Shown in pieces: positions 51,920 through 64,000 of a DNA stretch of 64,000 bases (position 1 is the stretch's first letter; every line of letters begins with the position of its first letter). Source of the stretch: Camelus dromedarius (taxonomy: Eukaryota); NCBI RefSeq assembly GCF_036321535.1, contig NC_087436.1, positions 16,244,001 through 16,308,000 of the forward strand, read 5' to 3'. The notes beneath the pieces were generated by a model. That model was not told where the DNA came from and ran no database searches. It was given only the letters and a program-made list of their open reading frames with translations. The translations under genes and the position numbers were made by a program.

Positions 51920-54900
51920 TATAGTCTTGTGTGTCTCGTGAATACAAGCCTTCTTGACTTTCAGGGCTTGTGTTTTGGGGCCTATCTCACAGGTGGAAGT
52001 CTTAAATGTTTAGGTGCTAAGTGTTGGGTCCAAAACTCTCACTTCTCATGGAAAATCTAAGTTGTGCGTTCCCTCCAGATGGTTTATTACTGTGTTGGGG
52101 GGGGGCATGTATGGTGAGATTGTGTAACACCCTGTCTTACCTGCTATGATGTGGATTTCTCTTATTTTCCCAGTGTGTAGCACTTGTTCAGCTAGGTTTT
52201 GAATTTCTTTCAGAGGGAACTGTTCTATGTGTAGCTGAAGTTTCAGTCTGTCTATGGGAAGAGGTGACTTCAGGAGCCTCCTATGTCACCATTTTGGACC
52301 AGAACTCCTGCTTTTAATAGTCTTAATTGTTTCTTTAAGTGGGTAGGTGAATCTATCTGCAAATGAATAGGTTTTGTTGTATCAGCATTGGGACTCTTGG
52401 GTGTTTATCATTTTCATAAATATTTAAAATACCTTTTTTTAGTTGGTCTTGGAGTAAGATTGTTTTGGGGTTTTTCCAAGCATTTAGCTCAACAATGGCA
52501 CTGGATTATCAGATTATATTAATTGATTTATGTGCCTTTCTCAAACAGGTAAAAACCTATAGTAAAAAAAATCATTTGATATGAACCTTAGCTGAATAAT
52601 GTAGAACTGTGAAGGCATTGCTACTGAATCTACCAATGTGAGCATTTGAAATGATGTAGTTTCTACATAAGTTACGATAAGTAAAATGCAATACTTTCCT
52701 TTTTCCCAAGATGTGTTTGTTAAATTGAAAAAGTATAGTGGGTATATGTTTAATGCCACTTACAAGAAAGTTTGTTTTCAAGGGATTAAAAACTGCTCTG
52801 GTACTTGAAAGCAAAAGTGCTTATTTGTTAACTCTAAAAGCCACAGTAGTATGCCAGTGAAATTTTCTTCTTGACAATATTAAGTAAAATGTAGAGTGTG
52901 CGAAGATAAGTGCCAAACCATTTCAGCCATATATATATAGTGTATGACGAAATACCCCAAAAGCCGAGGTTGAGTGAAAATGCTGATCAGGCTGTTTGTT
53001 ATACTTGTCATTTGGATGAAGGAACTGCTACAACTGACGCAGAATAGTTGCTGCGTCCTCTAACCGTGGCAGCGCTGCTTAAATAACAGAGGCTATTTGT
53101 TTATTTCCTTCTCCGTGGTGGGGGTGAGGGTGTGGGGGGCGGCGGGAAGGAAGGCAGGTGGGTGGAGATGCTCAGAATAAAGTGCATTGGCTTCTTTAAA
53201 AAGCTTTTGCAACACAGAAGTAAAGGCTCTCATTTGGGTTCCTGGATGTGGATAAACAGATACAAAAGTTAAGGAGAAAGGACAGCAATAAACTTTGCGT
53301 GACAATGGTTATCTTCTGTGTTCACTTTTTAAGGCTATTTTTACCAACCATCTTTTTGGTGTCCCCAAGACAAAATATTCATCTCCCTCCCCGACTTGTG
53401 AAGCCTTCATCTAATGATATCCACACATGTTTTGTAGGTAGGAATAAAAACATAAACATGTTCTTCAAAAGGCATTTAATCTAAACCTCCCATGGAAGGA
53501 TTCCAGCAGCCTTACCGATTGAGCACGAAAACTTTCATCAATCCACACAGCCTGCATTATCCTAGGATTTACTAGTCAATTTAGTTAGAATTGGCTCTGA
53601 ATCTTGCCTCTGCCATTGGCTAGGTAACCAACCATTGATAGTCATTTAACTTTACCCAGGCTCAATTTTTTCACCTGTAAATTGGGAATGCTAATAAGGT
53701 TTGTATATTAAGGCATTATTGTAAATATAATGAGATAATTTATGTAAGACTCTTGCACCCTTTGCTTATAGCCAATAAAATAGTTGCATTGTCTTCAGAT
53801 AGAATGGCCTCTTTAATCTGTTTACCATAGTTATTTCCTATCATCTTCCTCAAACAAATCATTATTCTCTAACCAGGAATTGACCATCTTTATGGTGTCA
53901 CATTTCCTGATAGTCCATCCTCTTTCATCCTCTGAATTTGAAGTTTTTTGTTTAATTCATTCACAAATATCAAGTATCTTACACTTAATTAACAATACTC
54001 TTTCCTTTAACCTGGTATTTTTATGACATATAACATCAGATTCACATAACATTGACTTCAACTATTTTGTTATCTTTTCCTTGCTGGTTTTTAGCCCTCA
54101 CTTTCTAATAGTACTTTTTCAAGATCTATAGGCCTACCCTACTTCCAGAATAAAATAATATTTAACCTCTCTTGCCCATGACATCGTATATGCTGTAGGA
54201 CAAGCTTTATGTGTAGTCATGGAATTAAAGGACATTTCCAGTTTTGTAATCATACTAAATGAAGATAATATTGACAGATGGCTTTAGGCCAATTATCAGT
54301 TTCCTAAACAAGATCCTGAAAGTATTTGTGCTCTTTTGCGTCCCCTTCAGGAGCCCCTTTTCACTTTTGGTATCTCTTCCCTACTCTTTACCCATAATAC
54401 ATAAGTTTCTGATACACTGTTCTTTAGTGTTTCCAGGGGCCCTATTTCTGAGTCTTACACTCCGTAATGACCTTTTTCTTTTTCTTTAATCTTCTCTTCT
54501 GCTTTTCATCCCCAGGTGTTAGGGTTTAATGATTTTCCAAAGAAAACTTTCAAAGAAAGATGGGAAAAAACTCTTTTGAGGCTTGGATTTTAAAAGAGAA
54601 GGTTATTAAACTCAAGCAAATCTCTGGTTTGTAGAATTTCTGCAATTTCTTGCCAATTCCCTGCAACTTTCTAACTCTTAGTAATTGTAATCATGGTCCA
54701 GTAGTTTGGAACTTCACTTCTGAAAGGCTGATATAACTTAGAACAGTTCATATATAAATCTCAAAAGGAAGAAGGGATTCTGGTGATGGTGATAATAGCA
54801 GTTAAAATAACAACATTAATGGCAGCTACACTTATGAGTACTTTGTGCCAGGAGCTCTTCTAAACACTTTGCATATATTAGTGGTCTTTTAAATTAACCT

Positions 54901-57900
54901 ATTAAACAAATACCATTTTTGAAAAATGGACACGTAAGAAATTGGGAAATTGTTGAAATTTGGAAAAACATTTTGTAATACAACAGTTTAGATGGATACA
55001 ATGCCCCAAAGACTGGATTTTGAGTACTGAGTTTGTCTCCTAGGTTTATGTTGATTTTGAGCTAGATTACTCAAGATAGTTATTTTCTTCATTATTAAAA
55101 TAAGGATATCATGAGAATCCATAATAATGTTTAAAAATATATGAAATGTCAGCTGGGGTTTATTAATTAGATAACTTCATTTTTTTAAAAGAAAGAAACA
55201 ACTTAGAATGTGTCAACACTACAGTCTTCTCTTTTTACACTAACTTTTACTGGTAATCAGATCAAAGAGTCTATGATGTGAGCTTACAGGGGTGTGTGAC
55301 TCCAAAACTGTTTGTTTTCAACTAATATAGTAGTAGATGATTATACTGCTTGACATTTCATGTGCTTTTCACATTAAAATTCGGAAGCCCTTTGGAGTTT
55401 TGAAAAGCAATTTTGTTTTTGATTATGTTCTTGAGGTAGAATAATTCCATTTGGGGGAACTACTATGTACTATTAGGTATCTGACAGATAATGCCCAGTA
55501 CTGCATATGCCATTAGAAAACTGTGATGCGTAATTATATTCTTTCCTGAGAGATAACAGTAATTTCATCAGACCCACGACATCGTCACCTAGTCTCCCTG
55601 TCCTGACCTGTCTGGGCAGAGGTGTTTCATGGCTTATGATCCTGGCAGCTGAGAAGATCTGTGTTCATTTGGGGGTGGGGGTTGGGATTCAGTTTGGAGT
55701 GGGGACTGTTCTTTTTGCTGTAAAAACAGGACTGTCATTGATGGGGGTGCCCAACCACAGGCAGAAGCCTCCTTTGTGGAGGTCTTTGTAGCCTGTGGTG
55801 GGGAGAGGTCACTGAGTCTTGGACGGTGAGGCAGGCAAGAGTGTGTGGGTTCCCCTGGGAGTCGGAAGAAGTAGCCCTAGTGTGTGAAGGGTGCCCACTC
55901 CAGGACTGTTCTCCACTGTGTCCCCCTTTGCGAACATCTTTTCCAGTTGTGATCTGAGTATGTGTCTATAACAAATGCCTTGCTGTCAAAAACAGAAACA
56001 AAAAACTTGTATTTAATGGCTTTTTTTCTTAAATATTCTTGATCGAATAAGCTGAAAAATAATAATTATTATTATTACCAATAACTTACTATGTGCCAGG
56101 CACTGAGCTGGGCACTTTACAGGCAGCATTTTTGTATATCTATACTAATTAGCAAAATTACTTCTCAAGAAAGGTAATAAAAGATTTTTGTAATATTCTT
56201 AAAAACCTGATTTAGAAATCTTTGCTTTGCATATCTTGTTATGAAAGGTATCAGACAGAAATCTCAAACAGAATATTTATCAATTTACCACAGTTGTCAA
56301 TTTTGCTATTTGTGAGATTAAAAATATCCTATGTGTAATGTTTTATTTTTGCTATTTATAGATTTTCAAGAGTTTTGTTATTCTGTTGTCTTTAATTTTC
56401 CTTCTGTTTTAGTCTAAGCTTGTATTTCCATTTTTTTAAGTGTAAATGGATGTGTTGGTAATCCTGATAACTCTTAATTTTCAAATCATTCCATTTTATT
56501 TGAACCACTTTTTCATCTTGTGATTAAGGTTCTTATATTATTTTTTAGATTTAAAAATCTTATATAATTTTATTTGTTGCAAATTGGTAGTGTTTAAAAT
56601 CATTTTTTAATATCCTAGAGCTATTTATGTTTACCTGGTTATGAACTTGAATTATAGTTCTTTAATCAATACTTATTTTTTATTGATTTTTTTTCAGGAA
56701 GTTATGACCATTTTAAATGACCAGTATTTTTGCTCTTCTTCCTTTAATCAGTTTGCTGATTTTAAAAAATATTCTGTCAAGCTTTTACAGTTAAATTGTA
56801 CAAAGAGCATTGTGTAGAATGGTAGTGCTAGGCATTTTCTGAATTGCCCTTCAATTGTTACTCTTAACATACTGTATAAGTAAGAGGAGCCATCAGCATT
56901 TACTTTTAGTTCTTTTGCAGGAATGAATAAACATCTTGAAATGCTGATTTAGACGATGTTTTAAAAATGCTAAGATGCACTTTAGTGTATGACTGACTCT
57001 TGCTTAGTTAAATCTTTTGCAGCATTATAACATAGTTGGATTCAGCTCATCCTTTAAAGCAGTTGTCAGAAAAATATGGGCCAGCATGGTAGAATGTATT
57101 AGCTCAATACATTGTCTCCATTTTATTATGAAGCTGCTGAGGAAGCTGTGATATACAGCACTGTCATTACAGATCTATTGTTAGGACGGTTCCACAGTCT
57201 TCTTTGTACTGCCATTAATTTATAGCAGTAAACAATATGTAGCCTTCCAACTGCAGCAAAGCAGAATCTTTTAATGAGGTGGATGTTATTACCACAATAA
57301 ATCAGTGCTTTCGCGTAATGTATAATTCAATGTGTGTATTCCCACTGTAACTTCTCTGAGTAAGCTGATAGTGTATCATTGTCATTGCACAGCTCCACTG
57401 GTCTTTTTTTTTTTTTAAACCTTCTTTTATTTGGGGACTTCTTTTTCATATGCTTGCAAATAAATGTGGTATGTCTTGATAGCTGTCTTGTAGCAGGCTT
57501 CGGAAACCAACTGTAACAATAACAGAATCAATCCTGTGGGCTCTACCTATATGGGTCTCCACACGGTGCCATTTTTCTCAGACGCTAGTGAAATCAATCC
57601 TAATTGGTTTTAGCATTATATTCAAGAAACGTGATTCTATAACTATTGATTTTGGGGGTGTACTCATTTGGAGAGTAATAAAAATGGGAGGAGATAAAGT
57701 GAATACTTAATATGCTGCAGAACCATACAAAAAGACCATTGATTTTATTTTTAATTCACATAATTTGTCTTCCAGTGATTTTATTTCTTCTTTCTTTCCT
57801 TTTGCATGGCTCAGTCTTTAGGGACAACAACTAAAATACATTCAAAGGCATTCCAAATTGGTTCTGTAACAAAGATTTCTTGGAGTCAGTTCCATTCTTA

Positions 57901-58477
57901 ACAGGCATATATTTGGTAAATCAGAATTTTTTTTTTTGTACAGAAACTAACACTTTAAAAGATGGCATTTTAAATTGGTATACTGTGATATTGATTTAAA
58001 ATAATAATCAACTAAAGATTTTTTTAAATTTGCTTGTAAAGTAAAAAAAAATGGCTTAAAATAAAATGTTAATTAGAACTACGCCATTAAAAGAGAATGA
58101 ATGGTTCTAGAGATATATAGCAGTTTTGAAATAATAGTTAACAATTTAAGAAAAATAGCCAAAATGATCATTTAAAATGTTTTAAATTACATGAAAAGCA
58201 GTTTAAAAACTACCTTAACATTGCTTCACTTTCAATAAAATATATCTGAACACATCTACTTTAAAACCAATATTTTAAATTTCAGTTTCATAATTTTCCC
58301 GTAAGTGATCAGATATTTTCTTTCTCATATAAATGAGGAGTGACTACTCACAGGTTTTATTAAAGAAAGTCATCTTATAGAGATCTTTTTTCAGTGATTG
58401 GTACTTGTATTTTCAATAAAGAATAGAGATTTTTTCTAGAGACTGGAATATTTTATAAGAATGAATTGTTACTTAAA

Positions 58478-58620
58478 GCAGTTGAGCTTAACATCCTTTG
58501 AGCCCTTAGACCCTGTTGAAAATCTTAGAATACTCTGTATGTCTTCCTGAAGAAAATGCACATGTGCATAATCACACAACATTTTACCTACTGTTTGAGG
58601 GAGTCTGTATTCCCCAAATA
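58478..58620. mobile_element. hAT MER remnant (MER103-like)
   Basis: gaccctgttgaaaatct ... agaaaatgcacatgtgca resembles MER103-type elements. Confidence 0.4.
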
Positions 58621-59508
58621 ACAACAGCAGCAGCAACAATAGTGATACCAGCTAACATTTACTAAGCTCTTATCTTATGTCAGCGTTCTGCAGCTTGTAG
58701 GTTATGATTTTATTCAAACTTAGCACAATGCTAAAAGATAACCTTAAGATTAATAGTGTTCATTGAATCAGGCATGGTTGGTTCTTCCATGTACTTACTC
58801 ATTTTATTTCCCAAAACAACCTTCTGACTCGGTACTGTTATGACTCAGGGAGCCCAGGCGCTTCACAGTTTGCTGTATCGCTTTGGGGGCCTCTGCTGTA
58901 ATGTATTGTTTGGCGCTATAAGCTCGTAATCTATCTGGTATTCTTTTTATATTACACATTTTTTTTTTTTTTACATTTCATGCAGGCATGTTTTTATCCT
59001 CTAAATTCTTTGGATTTACTGATACTGATAGAAATTTCTAGATTTACATATAATCCCTTTGTCGCACAGTCTCCTCCTTGTACTCCTCCTCCCGCCCCCT
59101 GTTCCATCCTCTTCTCAGAATCTATTGTAAGTTATTCTTCTAGCATCAAGATTCTATTTCTGGTGGTTGCTTCTAATGAACTAAAAAGATTTTATGGGTG
59201 CTTTCCAGAATATCCTATAGCTGATATTCACTTCATGTAATTGTCTTTATGGAAATGCTTGTTATGGCCTGATAAAAGACCTTTATTCAATAGAAACTAG
59301 ACTTCCTGAGAAATGACAGATTTCTCCATTCACTTATATGTGTATATTTAATGTGCATAGAAAAATAAATTTGTTTTTCCATCTACTAACTGTAACACGG
59401 TTTTAATTCACTTTCACTCTTGCTAATAGGATAACATTTGAAGAGAGAAAGAGATAAACGATGGTTACATATATATGTTCTTTTCTTTTTTCCCCTCCTC
59501 ATTGGCAG

Positions 59509-59649
59509 CCAATAGGAGCTTTGAATCCAAAAAGAGCAGCATTCTTTGCAGAGCGTTATGAATCCTGGGAAGATGATCAAGTTCCAAAGTTCCACTATGG
59601 TACTCATTACTCAACTGCAAGTTTTGTTCTTGCATGGCTGCTAAGAATA
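59509..59649 (+). CDS. LRBA: LRBA internal exon (BEACH domain), 141 nt
   Basis: Pyrimidine tract then ggcag|CCA, donor ATA|gtaagt. Encodes [47 protein letters not shown], with the HYGTHYS motif. Contained in ORF 59461..59664. Confidence 0.97.
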
Positions 59650-60664
59650 GTAAGTTCAATTTGAATAATAATCCATGAATAAGTAAATCCAATGTTATGG
59701 AGAATATGCATTGATTAAAAATCATCAGCATCTTTTTTGAAGGGTGAAATATTTTTCAGTGATTGAGGTTCTAATTATAAATATTTCTTTATCCCATTTA
59801 GTATGTATTTTGTAACATGTTCCTCTAGAATAGCCATAAAAATGTTCCACATGGAATTGTGGGAATTTTTTTCTTCAATTGGACTCTTCAAATGGTTGAT
59901 TCTAAATAGTAACATATATTATTTTCAAATGTAGTCTATTAAAATAAGAACTACGTAAGATTCCGTTAATGCAAACATATAGTCATATATTTTGGAAACC
60001 AGCTGCCCCAAATGAAGTAAGGTATGTTTGTAGGTGACACCAAGATTGCCTTGTATTGATAACATATTGGTTAAACAAGAAATGTTTCTGTAAAATTGAG
60101 AGGTGATTCATCTACTAGAAAGTAATTTCTTTGGGAAAGCATTAGCAGCACATCATTAATTACAGCTTGTTAGAAGGGTCCAGGCAGACATAAATCCTAG
60201 AAGTAATTTATAGTGCTTAGCTAATTTCAAGCAATTATCTACTAATATGTGTTTAAGTGTTCTTTAACTAAGAGGAGGCTTTTAAATCTTCCAAACATTT
60301 TTCTTTTCTTAATCATAAATTAAATATTGAGCCGTAACAATAGGAAAGTTACATGTTGGACTGTTTCCCTGTACTATGAAGAAATGCTGTCCAATTTATG
60401 TCTGAATGTTATTAATAAATTGTTCTTGGAAAGGGAGAGAGTCTGAAAAATGTTGTAGATACCAAATTTTGGAAATATTTCTTCTGAAACAAAAATAATT
60501 TAAGAACATTAATGTAATAATTTAGGTATCATTCCCAATCTATGTCTAGAATGTAATGCAGGCTGATGCCTATTAGTCATTAAAGTATTTAGATACGAAG
60601 TTTTTTTAAACCACATTTTTATGCATGAGAGAACGTATGATTTTTTTAATTGCTTATTTTTTAG

Positions 60665-60784
60665 GAACCCTTCACAACTTATTTCCTAAATTTGCAAGGA
60701 GGGAAATTTGACCACGCAGATCGAACTTTTTCATCAATTTCTAGAGCATGGCGAAACAGTCAGCGTGATACATCTGATATTAAG
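60665..60784 (+). CDS. LRBA: LRBA internal exon (BEACH domain), 120 nt
   Basis: Acceptor ttatttttttag|GAA, donor AAG|gtacaa. Encodes [40 protein letters not shown], with the GGKFDHADR motif. Confidence 0.97.
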
Positions 60785-60937
60785 GTACAAACTGTTCCAT
60801 TTTACAGTTGTTATTGCCAGTGTATTTCTTCTTGAATCAACGTTAACAATTTCCCTTTTGCAAAACATCCCTATTTACTAAAGATAAGCCTCAAAGCATG
60901 AGGCCTTAATTAAATGACCAAGAACCACTATACAGTA

Positions 60938-61028
60938 TTTCTCTTTCTTTCTCTCTCTCTTCTGTGTCTGTCTCTGTACGTCTGTCTGTCTTCTCTCTCT
61001 CTCCTCTCCCTGCCTTCTCTCTCTCTCC
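60938..61028. repeat. CT-rich low-complexity tract
   Basis: About 90 nt of (CT)n/(CTGT)n ending in ctctctccag. Confidence 0.85.
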
Positions 61029-61195
61029 AGTTGCAGAACGGTTGTTTTCCCTCCTTGAAATCTTTTTTTTAAAGCAAAAATATAGTAGTATGGATGTAAG
61101 GCATTGTGCTCAATGGAATTTCAAACTCAATGAATAAAATTAATATAGGCAAAAATAATGAGAGAACAATTTCAGACTTTCAACTTAATTTAACA

Positions 61196-61584
61196 TTTCT
61201 TTTTTTTGAGGTACAGTCAGGTTTACAATGTTGTGTCAATTTCTGGTGTACAGCACAATGCTTCAGTCATCCATGAATATACATACATTCGTTTTCATGT
61301 TCTTTTTCACTATAAGCTACTACAAGATATTGAATATAGTTCCCTGTGCTATACAGTATAAACTTGTTTATCCACTTTATATATATTAGTCAGTATCTAC
61401 AAATCTCAAACTCCCAGTTTATCCCTTCCCACCCTCTTCCCCCTGGTAACCATAAGTTTGTTTTCTGTCTGTGAGTCTGTTGCTGTTTTGTAAATAAGTT
61501 AATTTGTGTTTTTTTTAGATACCACATGTAAGTGATATCATATGGTATTTGTCTTTCTCTTTCTGGCTTACTTCACTTAGAATG
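61196..61584 (-). mobile_element. LINE-1 3'-end fragment, related but more diverged subfamily
   Basis: Poly-T, then acaatgttgtgtcaatttctggtgtacagcac ... tatcccttcccaccc ... ggcttacttcacttagaatg, homologous to the L1 3' UTR and ORF2 end at about 6000-6370. Confidence 0.88.
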
Positions 61585-61677
61585 CCCATGTCTCTATTCT
61601 TAAGACAATCATCTTTTACCTGTTGCTGGTTCTAATTGAATATCTGTCTCTGCTTGGTATAGAATTGCGTTACTATT

Positions 61678-61776
61678 TCGTGATGTATGTAAGTCAAATC
61701 ATTATGTTGTATACCCTAAACTTATACAGTGCTCTTTGTCCATTATATCTCAATAAGACTGGAAGAAAAAAGAAAA
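61678..61776 (+). mobile_element. About 100-bp L1 3'-terminal insertion with TSD
   Basis: aagtcaaatcattatgttgtataccctaaactta ... tatatctcaataagactgg plus A tail. TSD aattgcgttactatt (61663-61677) / aattgcattactatt (61777-61791). Confidence 0.82.
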
Positions 61777-62437
61777 AATTGCATTACTATTGAGAAATGA
61801 GTTCTCTATTTGTGTGTTCAGTACTGTAAAGTTCAAAAACTTTGCACAGTAGCTAGTATAATCGTTACTAAACTTTTACTTCCACCCTCAGAAGTACAGT
61901 TTACACGCTGTTGTGTATAACAAGATATGCCTATGATTGTGAAGTTCCTTATGGTCTCATAAAGAAATATGACCTATTAAATCAACTACGCTTCAATAAA
62001 AAAGAAATATGACTTGTAAATAATTATACTATAAGGGAGAAAATGATAAGTACCATATGAGAAATATTAGGGCTCAAAAAAGGGAAAGCTACATTACTAA
62101 TGTTTATGGTATTATACAATACTTTTCAAAAACTTGATATAGTGATATTTGTATGTTACTTTTAGGGTTTATACTTTACAGTCTATTAAAAAAAGCTTAT
62201 TTCTATGAAATAAAAGTTAAAATATGAATTGTTTTTATTTCAGAGAAGAAAGATGTTACTAGATTTTAGCAAAATGGTCTTTTATTTTTAGCATGATTTA
62301 CCATTTAAAAATTGGGGGGATCATTTTTATTTCCATGCATCATTGGTGGTTCCATTTCAGATATGACCCTCAGTGATGCTTTTTATTCTGTCTGGATAAA
62401 CACTTCAGAAGTGCTGATCAGTTCTCCAAGTACGCTT

Positions 62438-62768
62438 ACCATACTGTTCAATAGAAACGTAAATGTAAACCATAATTCTGAGCCACATGGGTAATGTTCA
62501 CTTTCCTTGTAGTCACATTTTTAAAACTCAAAAGGACCATGTGAAATTTATTTTAAGAATATATTTCACCTGATGTATCCAAAATATTTCTGTTTCAACA
62601 CGTAGTCAATATAAAATTATTCATTAGAGATTTTATGTTTTTCTTGCACTAAGTCTTTGAGATCTGGTGTGTATTTTATATTTTATCACACATCTCATCT
62701 CAAACTAGCCACATTTCAAGTGTTTACTAGCCACTTTTGGCTAATGGCTTCTGTACTGGGCAGTGCAG
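62438..62768. mobile_element. hAT-Charlie MER3/MER33-like element
   Basis: actgttcaatagaa ... gagccacatg ... actagccacatttcaagtg ... tggctaatggct ... gggcagtgcag. Confidence 0.75.
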
Positions 62769-64000
62769 ACTGAGGGCATTGTTTTGGCATCAAAGGATAG
62801 CTTTCTGCTTATGGAGAGGAAAATGCCTTCATCCCCTCTGAGCAGCGGTGTTCCTGATGTTGCACTGCATCTAAATACGAACTGACAGGTAGTAGCAATA
62901 GTAGGTAGTCTTGAGGACTGAAATAGAACATGTTAAAATTGGGTTGGAGAATCATCACTGTGATAAATAATAGTTTAAAATTCCCCAGCAGAGTCTGTGT
63001 TTAAAGTCTTAAAAAAAAAAAAAAAGACTTAAGTTTAGAGACTGAGGCGCAAAATAGATTACTGTCTTCAGCCTGAACCATTATAACAGAATTTTGTGGA
63101 ACAAATCAGACTCATAAAGCTTGAATGAATTTCACAAGGTGATCATATCTAAATATTAGGCAAATATCTAAGCTTTTCTAGGCAATCCATTGTCACTGAT
63201 TTCCCACCCCTCTTTTGAGGCAGCATACTCATTTCATGTACCCTTAGTGTCAATTAATTTAATCTCATGATTAAGTACAGTCTGATTTGCTGCAGTTTAA
63301 ACTCTTTCTTCTCTCCTATAGAAATGATTAACAAATCAGGATTGGAGAGTGGAAGGAGTCATAAATGTCACCTAGGTTCATTATTTTTAGAATGGGGGCA
63401 GTCGTAAATGGATCTAAAATGGAGATTATTAGAGAACCATACTTCTCTGGAAGCTCAGAATTTAGAACAAAGATGTATTTTAAAGTAATTCGTGCTAAAA
63501 GTAAACTCAGAATAAAAAGTTTGGCAGAATCCCAAGATAGCATGTAATTTTTACATTTTTTATTTTAATTGAGTCTCTGCACAGTCAGGCAGTGATTGTG
63601 GTACAGCACCAGATGAGACAGAGTGTTGCCTTCAGTGGACTTTTGCACTAGGGGAGATACTGACAGTAAAATCATCCCAGCACTTCCGTCTAATAAAACC
63701 TCTGTGGCTCATAGATACAGGATGGAAATGAGAAGAAGGAAGAGAAGAGAGGAGATCCAGGGCCTGTGAGGAGGTGGCTTTTGAGCTTTGAGAAGAAGGG
63801 TGGACTTTATCCTGGGGCACTAGGGAGACATTGGAAAAGTCGAAGCAGAGGAGATTTTGTGGTTTTAAGTGTTCCCTGTGGTTGGTGTTTGAATACGTTT
63901 TACACTGTGAGCGAGACTGGAAGCAATCAGTAAGCTGTTCAGGTAAATAAATAGGTGAGAGACGGTGGAGGCTTAGAGTTGGTAGGGGCACTAGTACTAG

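Larger units (their letters stand above)
48940..52305 (-). mobile_element. Decayed ancient L1 cluster hosting an MLT1 LTR and a Tigger element
   Basis: ccagcaccatttgttgaaaagact, ttgggattgcattt, gaatcttccaatccat match antisense ORF2. Confidence 0.8.

Noticed and set aside
63004..63030. aagtctt/aagactt inverted repeat around a poly-A run
   Set aside because: A 7-bp AT-rich stem is expected by chance in 64 kb.
63302..63330. Acceptor-like ctctttcttctctcctatag as the next LRBA exon
   Set aside because: Phase-0 reading gives AAA TGA, an immediate stop, and not the expected ELIPEF BEACH motif. The next exon must lie beyond the window.

Overview
Mammalian, AT-rich, repeat-dense intronic DNA. The host is most likely a camelid, because it carries four tRNA-Ala-derived Vic-1-like SINEs and an artiodactyl-type Tigger1 derivative. 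The only host coding sequence is six consecutive + strand exons of LRBA: 20654-20771, 22919-23021, 33201-33316, 37801-37913, 59509-59649 and 60665-60784. They are 118/103/116/113/141/120 nt, all have GT-AG boundaries, their phases match, and they splice into one 237-codon open frame covering the end of the PH domain and the first part of the BEACH domain. The longest ORF (6258-8756, -) is ORF2 of a young, 5'-truncated LINE-1 with a perfect 10-bp target-site duplication (TSD). The rest is older L1, L2, MIR, MaLR LTR and DNA-transposon remnants, plus several repeat-free, motif-dense blocks. These blocks are candidate long-range enhancers, plausibly for MAB21L2, which is known to be nested antisense in an LRBA intron but is not in this window. 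I see no evidence for a new multi-gene system. The best leads are the candidate enhancers, a CpG/G4 island, two cryptic acceptors that could give truncated LRBA transcripts, and several recent or ultra-short retroposition events. Repeat family names are by eye, and boundaries of old repeats are approximate.
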